Positions 44,777 to 56,900 of a DNA stretch of 64,000 nt are shown here, in pieces. The position numbers were made by a program, and so were the translations under genes. The stretch spans positions 2,240,001 through 2,304,000 of the forward strand of contig OY762911.1 in assembly GCA_963666565.1 (NCBI GenBank), given 5' to 3'. Under the pieces are notes generated by a model that searched no databases, was not told the DNA's origin, and saw nothing but the letters and a program-made list of their open reading frames with translations. The stretch's first letter is position 1. Every line of letters begins with the position of its first letter. Source of the DNA: Thermoanaerobaculia bacterium. Lineage in GTDB: Bacteria > Acidobacteriota > Thermoanaerobaculia > Multivoradales > Multivoraceae.

Positions 44777-44838
44777 CGTCGCCTCCGGGCCAGGGGCTGG
44801 CGCACCGTCTCCGGAGATGCCGCCCTCCGGCCGGCACA

Positions 44839-44985
44839 CCGGGTGCGCGGGTCCTCAGACCCGCTGCCGCCGAAGGCGGCCAGAAAGCCGGCGCTGCGAT
44901 CCCCGCGGCGCCGGGTGTGCGGGTCCTCCGACCCGCTGCCGCCGAGAGCGACCAGAGAGCCGGCGCTGCGATTCCCGCGGCGCCG
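44839..44985 (+). repeat. Two tandem 72-bp units, each containing the REP-like palindrome
   Basis: Units start at 44839 and 44911, between convergent genes. Confidence 0.8.
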
Positions 44986-44989
44986 CCTG

Positions 44990-47900
44990 CTACCGCCGGG
45001 GGCGCCGGGCGCCGAAGCGGAAAGTGGCGACGACCGTGTGCGTGAGCGGCTTGCCGCCGGCGAGCGCGTCCGGGGCGCTCGCGCCGCCGCCGCCGGCGAA
45101 GGCGAGCGGGCCGGGGTCGGTGCCGGTGGACATTTCGACCGCCAGCAGCCACCGGTTGCGTTCCAGGCCGAAGAACACGCCGGCGCGGACGGTCGGGTCC
45201 TCTTCGCCGTAGGCGTTGACCTCGGCGAAGGGCGCGATCAGGGCGCCGGGCGAGCGCAGGCGGAAGCCGTAGCTCGCCAGGCTCCGCACCGACATTTCGG
45301 GCCCGCCCGACAGCCCGCCGGCCGAGGCCAGACGGCTGAGCGGGCCGGCGCCCGAGGCGTCGTCCTGCCACAGGGCGCCCGCGTCCGCCATGCCCCAGGT
45401 GGGCGTGAGGGAGAGCGAGAAACCGCTGCCGTCCTCGGAGGACCGGACCTCGGCGGTCAGGCCGTAGCCGGTCTCGGTGTACTCGTCCGCGGCGTGGAGC
45501 GCGAGCGTGCGGCCGCGCGCCTCGACGGAGACGCGGCCCGAGGCGCTCTCGTAGCGGACGCCGCCGGCGACTTCGAGGCCGGCGCCCTCGGCGCCGTCGC
45601 CGCCGTCCTGGCGTGCCGCGACCTCGCCGAACGGGGTGAACGAACCGGCGCCGGTGGCGAAGCCGCGCGAGAACTCGATGCCGAGCCGGAGTCGCGAGAC
45701 GTCGGCGGCGAGGCCGTCGACCGCCCGTTCGCCCTCGTCGGTATCGAGACCGGCGAAGGCCGCGTCGCCGATCAGCGCGAGCGCCACGCCGCCGCGCGGC
45801 CGGAGCTCCCAGCGGCCGCCGATCATGCCCATCAGCAGCGAGAGGTCGCTCGACTCGCGCGCGAACTCCGCGTCTCCGAGGCGGCGGTCGAGGTCGGCGT
45901 CGCCGCCGCCGGCGCCGACCAGGCCCCAGAACTCGCGGCCGCTGCCAGTGTCGTAGTGGAGGTAGGGGAGGACCGTGGTCAGGGCCGTCTCGAACTTGCC
46001 GTCGCCGTCGATGCCGGACTCGCCGCCGGCGAAGGCGTAGTCGGTCGAGGCGGCCGAGCGGGCGATGGCGAGACCGGCGAGCCAGCGTTCGCCGAGGCGG
46101 CCGTCGATGCCGAGGTAGGAGGCGCGGGCGCGGCCCTCGAAGGAGGCGCCCTGTTCGCCTCTGCCGGTGAAGGAGTTGAAGTCGCCGCTGCCCCAGAGTG
46201 CCCAGGAGCGCCGGGCGGTCCGCGTTTCGTCTTCGCCGTCGGCGGCACCCTCGGCGCCCGCCTGGCTTTCGCCGCCGGCGTTCAGGGCGCCTCCGGCGAG
46301 GGGGATCTCGAACGAAACGCCGGCGATGGCCTGGTCCCGGTGGTGCGGGTCGGTGTTTCCGGGGCCGAGCGCACTGCCGAAGCGGCCGCCGTAGCCCATG
46401 CCGAGCGTGCCGCCGGGCCCGCCGCCGAAACTGCCGCCGAACCCACCGCCGAGCCCGCCGCCGAACCCGCCGGCGAGTCCCCCGCCCAATCCGCCGCCGA
46501 AGCTGCTGCCGAATCCGCCGGCGAGTCCCCCGCCCAATCCGCCGCCGAAGCTGCTGCCGAATCCGCCGCCGAAGCCACCGGCGAGTCCGCCGCCGAAGCT
46601 GCTGCCGAATCCGCCGCCGAAGCCAGCGCCGGGTCCGCCTCCGAAGCCGGCGCCGAGTCCACCGCCGAACCCGCCTCCGAAGCTGCCGCCGAGTCCGCCG
46701 CCGAGTCCCGCGCCGAACCCGCCGCCATAGCCACCTCCGAACCCGCCGTAAGTGCCGGCGCCGGCGCAGGGGTCGACCGCGGCGCCCCGGCCTGCGCCGG
46801 CCGGGCCCGGGCCGGATGCCGCTGGCAGGGCGCCCGCGTTCAGGCCAGCCGCGTGCGTTGAGCCAATCGTCGAGCCCGGCGTCGTGCCGGTCGCCGCCGC
46901 GCCGCCCCGCCCCGGTCCGCTTGCTGGCGTCGTGCCCGGCGCCGGGATCGCGAACCGCGACGACCCGCGGCCCGCCGCACCGCTCCGCAGCGGAATCTGC
47001 AGGCCCTGGACGGACAGCCGCGCGCAGCCGGAGCGGTTCGCCGCGAACCGGGCGCGCAGGGCGGAACTCGAGCTCGTCAGAGTCGACTGGCCGACGGCGG
47101 CGAGCACGTCCTCCAGCACCGCCTTCTCGGCCGGGTCGGTGACCACCGTGACGTCGAACCGCTGTTCGGCCCGGCCCGCGCTGTTGATCGCCGCGACGAC
47201 CACCTCGGTGCGCCCCTCGACGACTGGCGACACGAGGACCTCCGGCTCTCCGGAATCCGCGACCGCCTCGGCGACGCCCGGGTCCAGCGACCGCGCTTCG
47301 AAGCGCAGCGCCGAACCCCGGAACGCTTCCGAGACGTCCACTGGCCGCGGGCTGCCGCCGGCGACCAGGGTTATCGGCGGCAGCGAGCCGACCGCCTCCG
47401 GCGCCACGTCCTCGACGGTGACGTCGAAACGCTGGAACGCCTCGCCTTCGGCGTTGTACGCCCGCACGGTCACCGTCGTCCCGCCGGCCGCCAGCGGCGA
47501 CACGGCGAGCCGCGCGCCGCCGTCCGGGGACATGGAGACCCCGGCGGTCGCGACGGAGACGTCGGAGGACGAGGCGTCGAACGAGAGCGAGGTGCCGGCG
47601 AAGGCCGGGCCGAGGTCGACTTCGAGCGGTTCGTCGCCGACCTGAAGCCTCGCGTCGGGCAGGCTGCCGACCGCCTCGGGCGGTGCCTCGCGGACGAGGA
47701 CGTCGAAGGTCTGCTCCGCCTCGCCGACGGGGTTCGAGGCGCGGACGGTGACCCGGACGCTGCCCGCGGTCAGCGGCGTGACGACGAGCGCGGTCTTGCG
47801 CACGGAGACCTCGGCCACCTCGGGTTCCGAGGACGATGCGTCGTGTTCCAGGTTGGTACCCGAGAATGCGTCCGCCAGATCGACCCGCAGGGGCCGCTCG

Positions 47901-50900
47901 TCGACCCGGATCTCGCGGTCGCGCAACTGGGTGCGCACGCCTGGCGCCTGGTCGCGCACGGTGACCAGGAAGGTCCCTTCGGCGGAGCCCCTGGGGTTCG
48001 ACGCGGCGACCGTGACGATCGTGGCGCCGACAGAGAGCGGGGTCAGGGTCAGCGACGGGCCGTCGACCTCCACGTTGGCGACCGCCGGATTCTCCGCCGT
48101 CGCGGCCCATGTGAGGTTCGTGCCGTCGAAGGCGGGGGCGGCGTCGACCGTCAGCGATTCGCCTCCGAAGGTCAGCATGACGTCCGCCAGAGGCTCGCTG
48201 GCCGCCGGAGCGACGTCGAGGACGGTGACCTGGAACGAGGTCTGCACCGCGTTGGCGCTGCCGGTCGCCGTGACCGTGATCGTCGCGGTGCCGGGGCTGA
48301 CGGGCGTGATGACGAGCCTGGCGCCGTCGAGATGCACCGTGGCGACGCCGGGCGCGGAGGACACCGCCGTGTAGGTCACCGAGTCTTCCGATCCGCCCTG
48401 GAAGACGCGGCTCAGGTCGACCTCCTTCGCGCCGCCTCCCGGCTGGCCGCCGCCGCCATCGCCGCCACCGCCGTCGCCGCCGCCATCGCCGTCGCCGCCG
48501 CCATCGCCGTCGCCGCCACCGCCGTCGCCGCCCGGCGGGCCAGCCTGGATCGTCACGGTCTGTTCCGGCGGCGGCGCAACCACCGTCACCGGCGCCGCCT
48601 CGACCGTGACCTGGAAGGTCTGGTCCGCCGAGCCGTCGTCGTTCGACGCGGTCACCGTCACGGTCGTCGTGCCGGCCACCTTGCCGGTCACCTGCACCCT
48701 GCTTCCCGACGCGCCCGCGGAGGCGACGCCGCCGTTCGCCGACTGCGCTGCGAACTCCTCGGCGTCGCTCGAGAAGTACGAGGCGGCGTCGAAGGAGTGG
48801 ACCGCGCCTTCCTCCACCGTCACGTCCGGGATCGCTCCGGCGGCGGAGGGCCCGCTCGGCGCCTCGCCGACTTCCGCGCTCGGGAGGTCGTCGTCGGTCA
48901 CGGTCACGACCACCGTCGCCGCGTGGGCGTAACCGCCGCCGGTCGCCGTGTTGCCGATGTCCACGGTTTCGCTGTCCGCGTCCTGGTCGTCGACCGCGGT
49001 CGCGGTGACGGTCTGCGCGTTCGCGTAGTTCGTCGCCGTGAAAGTGAGCTGCGACGGGTCGACCGTGACCGACGACGGATCGGAACTCGTGACCGTCACC
49101 GTGACGTCGCTCGCCGGCTGGGTCGACAGGCTGACGGAGTACGTGGCCTCGCCGCCCTCCCCCAGAGCCAGGGTGGACGGCGACACGGTGAACTCGCCGC
49201 CGTCGTCGTCGTCCTGTTCCGTGGCGGTCAGGGTCGCCGTCGCGCTGCCGTAGCCGCCGCCCGACGCGGTGTGGCCGAAGACGGCCTGGCCGTTCAAGCC
49301 GTCCGCGTCGTCCGCGGCCTGGAGGGTGACGGTCTGGTCGGTGTTCCAGTTGACGGTGGTGAAGGTGAGCGAGGCGCCGGTCTTGATCGAGAGGTCCTGG
49401 TCGCCGGAGGTCCGGGAGACGGAGACCGAAACGCTGCCCGTGGGCTCGGTGGCGAGGCGTATCTGGTAGCTGGCCTCGCCGCCTTCGCCGACGGTGACGC
49501 TCGCGGTGGAGAGGACGATGCCGACGGTGTCGTCGTCGTTCTCGGTGGCGGTGAGTTGGGCGGTGACGTTGTCGTAGCCGCCGCCGCTGGCGGAGTGCGC
49601 GATCGTCGCCGTGCCGTTCTCGCCGTCGTTGTCCTGGGCGGCTTCGAGGGTGACGGTCTTGTCCGTGTTCCAGTTCGCGGTAGTGAAGGTGAGGGAGGCG
49701 CCGGTCTTGACGCCGATGTCTCCGTCCTGTGTGCCGCTCGTGCTTCGGGCGACGCTGACGGTGACGTTGCCGGACGGCTTCGTCGCCAGCTTGACCTTGT
49801 AGTCGGCGGTCGAGCCTTCGCCGACCGTGACGCCGGAGGGCGAGGAGAGGACGATCGCCTTCGTGTCGTCGTCGCTCTCCGTTGCGGTGAGATTGGCGGT
49901 GACGTTGTCGTAGCCGCCGCCGCTGGCGGAGTGCACGATGGTCGCCGTGCCGTTCTCGCCGTCGTTGTCCTGGGCGGCTTCGAGCGTCACCGTCCGGTCG
50001 GTGTTCCAGTTGTCGGTGGTGAAGGTGAGGGAAGCGCCGGTCTTGACGCCGATGTCTCCGTCCTGTGTGCCGCTCGTGCTTCGGGCGACGCTGACGGTGA
50101 CGTTGCCGGACGGCTTCGTTGCCAGCTTGACCTTGTAGTCGGCGGTGGAACCCTCGCCGACGGTGACGCCGGAGGGCGAGGAGAGGACGATGCTCTTCGC
50201 GTCGTCGTCGCTCTCCGTCGCCGTGAGATCGGCGGCGACGTTGTCGTAGCCGCCGCCGCTGGCGGAGTGTTCGATGGTCGCCGTGCCGTTCTCCCCGTCG
50301 TTGTCCTGGGCGGCTTCAAGGGTGACCGTCTGGTCGGTGTTCCAGTTGGCGGTGGTGAAGGTGAGGGAGGCGCCGGTCTTGACGCCGATGTCGCCGTCCT
50401 GTGTGCCGCTCGTGCTTCGGGCGACGCTGACGGTGACGTTGCCGGACGGCTTCGTTGCCAGCTTGACCTTGTAGTCGGCGGTGGAACCCTCGCCGACGGT
50501 GACGCCGGAGGGCGAGGAGAGGACGATGCTCTTCGTGTCGTCGTCGCTTTCGGTGGCGGTGAGTTCGGCGGTCACGTCGTCGTAGCCGCCACCGCTGGCG
50601 GAGTGCTCGATGGTCGCCGCGCCGTCGTCGCCGTCGTTGTCGTCGTCCGCTTCGAGGGTGACGGTCTGATCGGTGTTCCAGTTGGCGGTGGTGAAGGTGA
50701 GGGAGGCGCCGGTCTTGACCGAGATGTCGTCGTCCTGGTCGTTTCCGGACTTGCGGGCGACGCTGACGGTGACGTCGTCGCTGGGTTTCGTGGCGAGCTT
50801 CACCTTGTAACTGGCGGTGGAACCCTCGCCGATCGTGACGCCGGAGGATGGGGTGACCGTGAGGGCCTTCGTGTCGTCGTCGTTCTCGGTGGCGGTGAGT

Positions 50901-53900
50901 TCGGCGGTCACGTCGTCGTAGCCGCCGCCGCTGGCGGAGTGCTCGATGGTCGCCGTGCCGTCGTCGCCGTCGTTGTCGTCGTCCGCTTCGAGGGTGACGG
51001 TCTGGTCGGTGTTCCAATTGGCGGTGGTGAAGGTGAGGGAGGCGCCGGTCTTGACCGAGATGTCGTCGTCCTGGTCGTTGCCGGACTTGCGGGCGACGGC
51101 GACGGTGACGCTGGCGCTGGGCTTCGTCGCCAGCTTGACGTCGTAGGTCGCGGTCGAGCCCTCGTCCACCGTGACGCCGGATGGCGAAGAGAGGGTGATG
51201 GCCTTCGTGTCGTCGTCGTCTTCCGTCGCGGTCAGGTTGGCGGAGACGCTGCCGTAGCCGCCGTTCGAGGCGCTGTGGACGATGACCGCCGTGCCGTCGT
51301 CGCCGTCGTTGTCGTCGTCAGCCTCCAGGGTGACCGTCTGGTCGGCGTTCCAGTTGGCGGTGGTGAAGGTGAGGGAGGCGCCGGTCTTGACGGAGATGTC
51401 CTCGTCCTGGGTGCCGGTGTTGCTGCGGGCGACGGCGACGGTGACGCTGGCGCTGGGCTTCGTCGCCAGCCTGACCTTGTAGCTGGCGGTGGATCCCTCG
51501 GGTACGGAGACGCCGGAGGACGGGGTGATCGTGATGGCCTTCGTGTCGTCGTCGTTCTCGGTTGCGGTGAGGTTGGCGGTGACCGAGCCGTAGCCGCCGT
51601 TCGAGGCGGTGTGGACGATGACGGCGGTGCCGTTGTCGCCGTCGTCGTCGTCGTCCGCCTCGAGGGTGACGGTCTGGTCGGTGTTCCAGTTCGTGGTGGT
51701 GAAGGTGAGGGATGCGCCGGTCTTGACGGAGATGTCCGTGTCCTGGGTTCCGGAAGTGCTTCGGGCGACGGTGACGGTGACGCTGGCGCTGGGCTTGGTG
51801 GCGAGCTTGATCTTGTAGCTGGCGGTCGAGCCCTCGGGGACGGAGACGCTGGTCGGGTTGAGGGTGAAGCCCTTGGTGTCGTTGTCGGCCTCCGTGGCGG
51901 TGAGGTTCGCTGTGACGCTGCCGTAGCCGCCGCCGGCCGCGGTGTGCTTGATGACGGCGGTGCCGTTGTCTCCGTCGTTGTCGTCGTCGGCTTCGAGGGT
52001 GACGGTCTGGTCGGTGTTCCAGTTCGTGGTGGTGAAGGTGATGGAGGCGCCGGTCTTGACGCTGATGTCCGTGTCCTGGGTTCCCGTGGTGCTTCGCGCG
52101 ACGGTGACGGTGACGCTGGCGCTGGGCTTCGTCGTCAGCTTGATCTTGTAGCTGGCGGTGGAGCCCTCGGTGACGGAGACGCTGGTCGGGTTGAGGGTGA
52201 AGCCCTTGGTGTCGTTGTCGGCCTCCGTGGCGGTGAGGTTGGCGGCAACCGATCCGTAGCCGCCGCCAGCGGCGGTGTGCTTGATGACGGCCGTGCCGTT
52301 GTCGCCGTCATGGTCCTCGTCGGCCTCCAGGGTGACGGTCTGGTCGGTGTTCCAGTTGGTGGTGGTGAAGGTGAGGGAGGCGCCGGTCTTGACGGAGATG
52401 TCCGTGTCCTGGGTTCCGGAAGTGCTTCGCGCGACGGTGACGGTGACGCTGGCGCTGGGCTTCGTCGTCAGCTTGATCTTGTAGCTGGCGGTGGAGCCCT
52501 CGGTGACGGAGACGCTGGTCGGGTTGAGGGTGAAGCCCTTGGTGTCGTTGTCGGCCTCCGTGGCGGTGAGGTTGGCGGCAACCGATCCGTAGCCGCCGCC
52601 GGCGGCGGTGTGCTTGATGACGGCCGTGCCGTTGTCGCCGTCGTTGTCCTCGTCGGCCTCCAGGGTGACGGTCTGGTCGGTGTTCCAGTTCGTGGTGGTG
52701 AAGGTGAGCGAGGCGCCGGTCTTGACGTCGATGTCCTCGTCCTGGGTTCCGGCGGTGCTCCTTGCGACGGTGACGGTGACGCTGGCGCTGGGCTTCGTCG
52801 TCAGCTTGATCTTGTAGCTGGCGGTGGAGCCCTCGGTGACGGAGACGCTGGTGGGGTTGAGCGTGAAGCCCTTCGTGTCGTTGTCCGACTCGGTCGCCGT
52901 GAGGTTGGCGGTGACGCTGCCGTAGCCGCCGCCTGCCGCGGTGTGCTTGATGACGGCCGTTCCGTTGTCGCCGTCGTGGTCTTCGTCGGCCTCCAGGGTG
53001 ACGGTCTGGTCGGTGTTCCAGTTCGTGGTGGTGAAGGTGAGGGAGGCGCCGGTCTTGACGTCGATGTTCTCGTCCTGGGTTCCGGTCGTGCTCCTTGCGA
53101 CGGTGACGGTGACGCTGGCGCTGGGCTTCGTCGTCAGCTTGATCTTGTAGCTGGCGGTGGAGCCCTCGGTGACGGAGACGCTGGTGGGGTTGAGCGTGAA
53201 GCCCTTCGTGTCGTTGTCCGACTCGGTCGCCGTGAGGTTGGCGGTGACGCTGCCGTAGCCGCCGCCTGCCGCGGTGTGCTTGATGACGGCCGTTCCGTTG
53301 TCGCCGTCGTGGTCTTCGTCGGCCTCCAGGGTGACGGTCTGGTCGGTGTTCCAGTTCGTGGTGGTGAAGGTGAGGGAGGCGCCGGTCTTGACGTCGATGT
53401 TCTCGTCCTGGGTTCCGGTCGTGCTTCTCGCGACGGTGACGGTGACGCTGGCGCTGGGCTTGGTGGCGAGCTTGATCTTGTAGCTGGCGGTGGAACCCTC
53501 GGTGACGGAGACGCTGGTCGGGTTGAGCGTGAAGCCCTTCGTGTCGTTGTCCGACTCGGTGGCGGTGAGGTTGGCGGTGACGCTGCCGTAGCCGCCGCCT
53601 GCCGCGGTGTGCTTGATGACGGCCGTTCCGTTGTCGCCGTCGTGGTCTTCGTCGGCCTCCAGGGTGACGGTTTGGTCGGTGTTCCAGTTCGTGGTGGTGA
53701 AGGTGAGGGATGCGCCGGTCTTGACGTCGATGTCCTCGTCCTGGGTTCCGGTGGTGCTCCTTGCGACGGTGACGGTGACGCTGGCGCTGGGCTTGGTGGC
53801 GAGCTTGATCTTGTAGCTGGCGGTCGAGCCCTCGGTAACGGAGACGCTGGTGGGGTTGAGCGTGAAGCCCTTCGTGTCGTTGTCCGACTCGGTGGCGGTG

Positions 53901-56900
53901 AGGTTGGCGGTGACGCTGCCGTAGCCGCCGCCTGCCGCGGTGTGCTTGATGACGGCCGTTCCGTTGTCGCCGTCGTTGTCCTCGTCCGCTTCGAGAGTGA
54001 CGGTCTGGTCGGTGTTCCAGTTCGTGGTGGTGAAGGTGAGGGAGGCGCCGGTCTTGACGTCGATGTTCTCGTCCTGGGTTCCGGTCGTGCTTCTCGCGAC
54101 GGTGACGGTGACGCTGGCGCTGGGCTTGGTGGCGAGCTTGATCTTGTAGCTGGCGGTGGAACCCTCGGTGACGGAGACGCTGGTCGGGTTGAGCGTGAAG
54201 CCCTTCGTGTCGTTGTCCGACTCGGTGGCGGTGAGGTTGGCGGTGACGCTGCCGTAGCCGCCGCCTGCCGCGGTGTGCTTGATGACGGCCGTTCCGTTGT
54301 CGCCGTCGTGGTCTTCGTCGGCCTCCAGGGTGACGGTTTGGTCGGTGTTCCAGTTCGTGGTGGTGAAGGTGAGGGATGCGCCGGTCTTGACGTCGATGTC
54401 CTCGTCCTGGGTTCCGGTGGTGCTCCTTGCGACGGTGACGGTGACGCTGGCGCTGGGCTTGGTGGCGAGCTTGATCTTGTAGCTGGCGGTCGAGCCCTCG
54501 GTAACGGAGACGCTGGTGGGGTTGAGCGTGAAGCCCTTCGTGTCGTTGTCCGACTCGGTGGCGGTGAGGTTGGCGGTGACGGCGCCGTAGCCGCCGCCTG
54601 CCGCGGTGTGCTTGATGACGGCCGTTCCGTTGTCGCCGTCGTGGTCTTCGTCGGCCTCCAGGGTGACGGTCTGGTCGGTGTTCCAGTTGGTGGTGGTGAA
54701 GGTGAGCGAGGCGCCGGTCTTGACGTCGATGTCCTCGTCCTGGTTTCCGGTGGTGCTCCTTGCGACGGTGACGGTGACGCTGGCGCTGGGCTTCGTCGTC
54801 AGCTTGACCTTGTAGCTGGCGGTGGATCCTTCGGTAACGGAGACGCTGGTGGGGTTGAGCGTGAAGCCCTTGGTGTCGTTGTCCGACTCCGTGGCGGTGA
54901 GGTTGGCGGTGACGCTGCCGTAGCCGCCGCCTGCCGCGGTGTGCTTGATGACGGCCGTTCCGTTGTCGCCGTCGTGGTCTTCGTCGGCCTCCAGGGTGAC
55001 GGTCTGGTCGGTGTTCCAGTTCGTGGTGGTGAAGGTGAGGGATGCGCCGGTCTTGACGTCGATGTCCGTGTCCTGGGTTCCGGCGGTGCTTCTGGCGACG
55101 GTGACGGTGACGCTGGCGCTGGGCTTCGTCGTCAGCTTGATCTTGTAGCTGGCGGTGGATCCTTCGGTGACGGAGACGCTGGTGGGGTTGAGGGTGAAGC
55201 CCTTCGTGTCGTTGTCCGACTCGGTGGCGGTGAGGTTCGCGGTGACGGCGCCGTAGCCGCCGCCCTCGGCGGTGTGCTTGATGACCGCCGTGCCGTTGTC
55301 GCCGTCGTGGTCCTCGTCGGCCTCCAGGGTGACGGTCTGGTCGGTGTTCCAGTTCGTGGTGGTGAAGGTGAGGGATGCGCCGGTCTTGACGTCGATGTCG
55401 GTGTCCTGGGTTCCCGCGGTGCTGCGCGCGACGGTGACGGTGACGTCGCCGGAGGGCTTCGTTGCGAGCTTGACCTTGTAGTCGGCCGTCGAGCCTTCGG
55501 TGACGGAGACGCCGGCTGACGGCGTGAGGGTGAAGGCCTTCGTGTCGTCGTCTCCCTCGGTGGCCGTCAGTTCGGCGGTGACGGCACCGTAGCCGCCGCC
55601 CTCGGCGGTGTGCCTGATGGTCGCCGTGCCGTTGTCGCCGTCCTCGTCCTGGTCGGCCTCCAGGGTCACGGTCTGGTCCGTGTTCCAGTTGGCGGTGGTG
55701 AAGGTGAGAGAGGCGCCGGTCTTGACGTCGATGTCGGAGTCCTGGTCGTTCCCGGTCTTCCTTGCGACGGTGACGGTGACGTCGCCGGTGGGCTTCGTTG
55801 CGAGCTTGACCTTGTAGTCGGCCGTCGAGCCTTCATTGACGGTGACGCCGGCTGACGGCGTGAGGGTGAAGCCCTTCGTGTCGTCGTCTCCCTCGGTGGC
55901 CGTCAGTTCGGCGGTGACCGAGCCGTAGCCGCCGCCCTCCGCGGTGTGCTTGATGACCGCCGTGCCGTTCTCGCCGTCCTCGTCCTGGTCGGCCTCCAGG
56001 GTCACCGTCTGGTCGGTGTTCCAGTTGGCGGTGGTGAAGGTGAGCGTGCCGCCGGTGTGGACGTCGATGTCGGAGTCCTGGTCGTTTCCGGTCTTTCGGG
56101 CGACGGTGACGGTGACGTCGCCGGTGGGCTTCGTCGCCAGCTTGACCTGGTAGTCGACGGTCGAGCCCTCGTTGACGGTGACGCCGGATGGCGAGGACAG
56201 CGTGAAGGCCTTCGTGTCGTCGTCTCCCTCGGTGGCCGTGAATTCGGCGACAACCGAGGCGTAGCCGCCGCCGCTGGCGGAGTGCCTGATGACCGCCGTG
56301 CCGTTCTCGCCGTCGCTGTCCTGGGCCGCCTGGAGGGTCACGGTCTGGTCCGTGTTCCAGTTGTCGGTCGTAAAGGTGAGCGACGAGCCGGTCTTCACGC
56401 TGATGTCGGAGTCCTGGTCGTTTCCGGTCTTCCTTGCGACGGCGACGGTGACGTCGCCGGTGGGCCGGAGCGCGAGCTTGACCTTGTAGTCGACCGTCGA
56501 CCCCTCGTTGACCGTGACGCCGGTGGACGGGGTGAGACTGATGGAACTCGTGGTGGCCGTCGCGGCGTCGGACGCGGATCCCTCTCCCGTGGTGTTCACG
56601 GCCCGCACCTGGAAGGAGTACGTCGAGCCGTGGTCGAGGCCGGTGACGGTGTGGCTGGTGGTGGCGGCGCCGCTGCCCGCGATGTCCGTCCAGTCGCCCC
56701 AGGCGGCATTGCCCTTCTTTCTTCGGACCTGCCACCTGGTGATCGGCGAACCGCCGTCGCCTCCCGATGTCCAGGTCAGGGACGCCCTGGCGTTGGCGCC
56801 GGCGGCCGTCAGGCCGGTCGGCTTGGCGGGCGCGTGCCCCGGAGTGCCGGTCTTCTCGGCCGACCAGGGACCGTCGCCCGCGCCGTTCGTCGCCCGCACG

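Noticed and set aside
47843-55519. 2,558-aa plus-strand ORF and other very long ORFs (166-2127, 2105-6562, 21830-24673, 55833-60992, 44553-48110)
   Set aside because: Antisense or alternate-frame shadows of real high-GC genes; Arg/Gly/Val-rich with no recognisable motifs.
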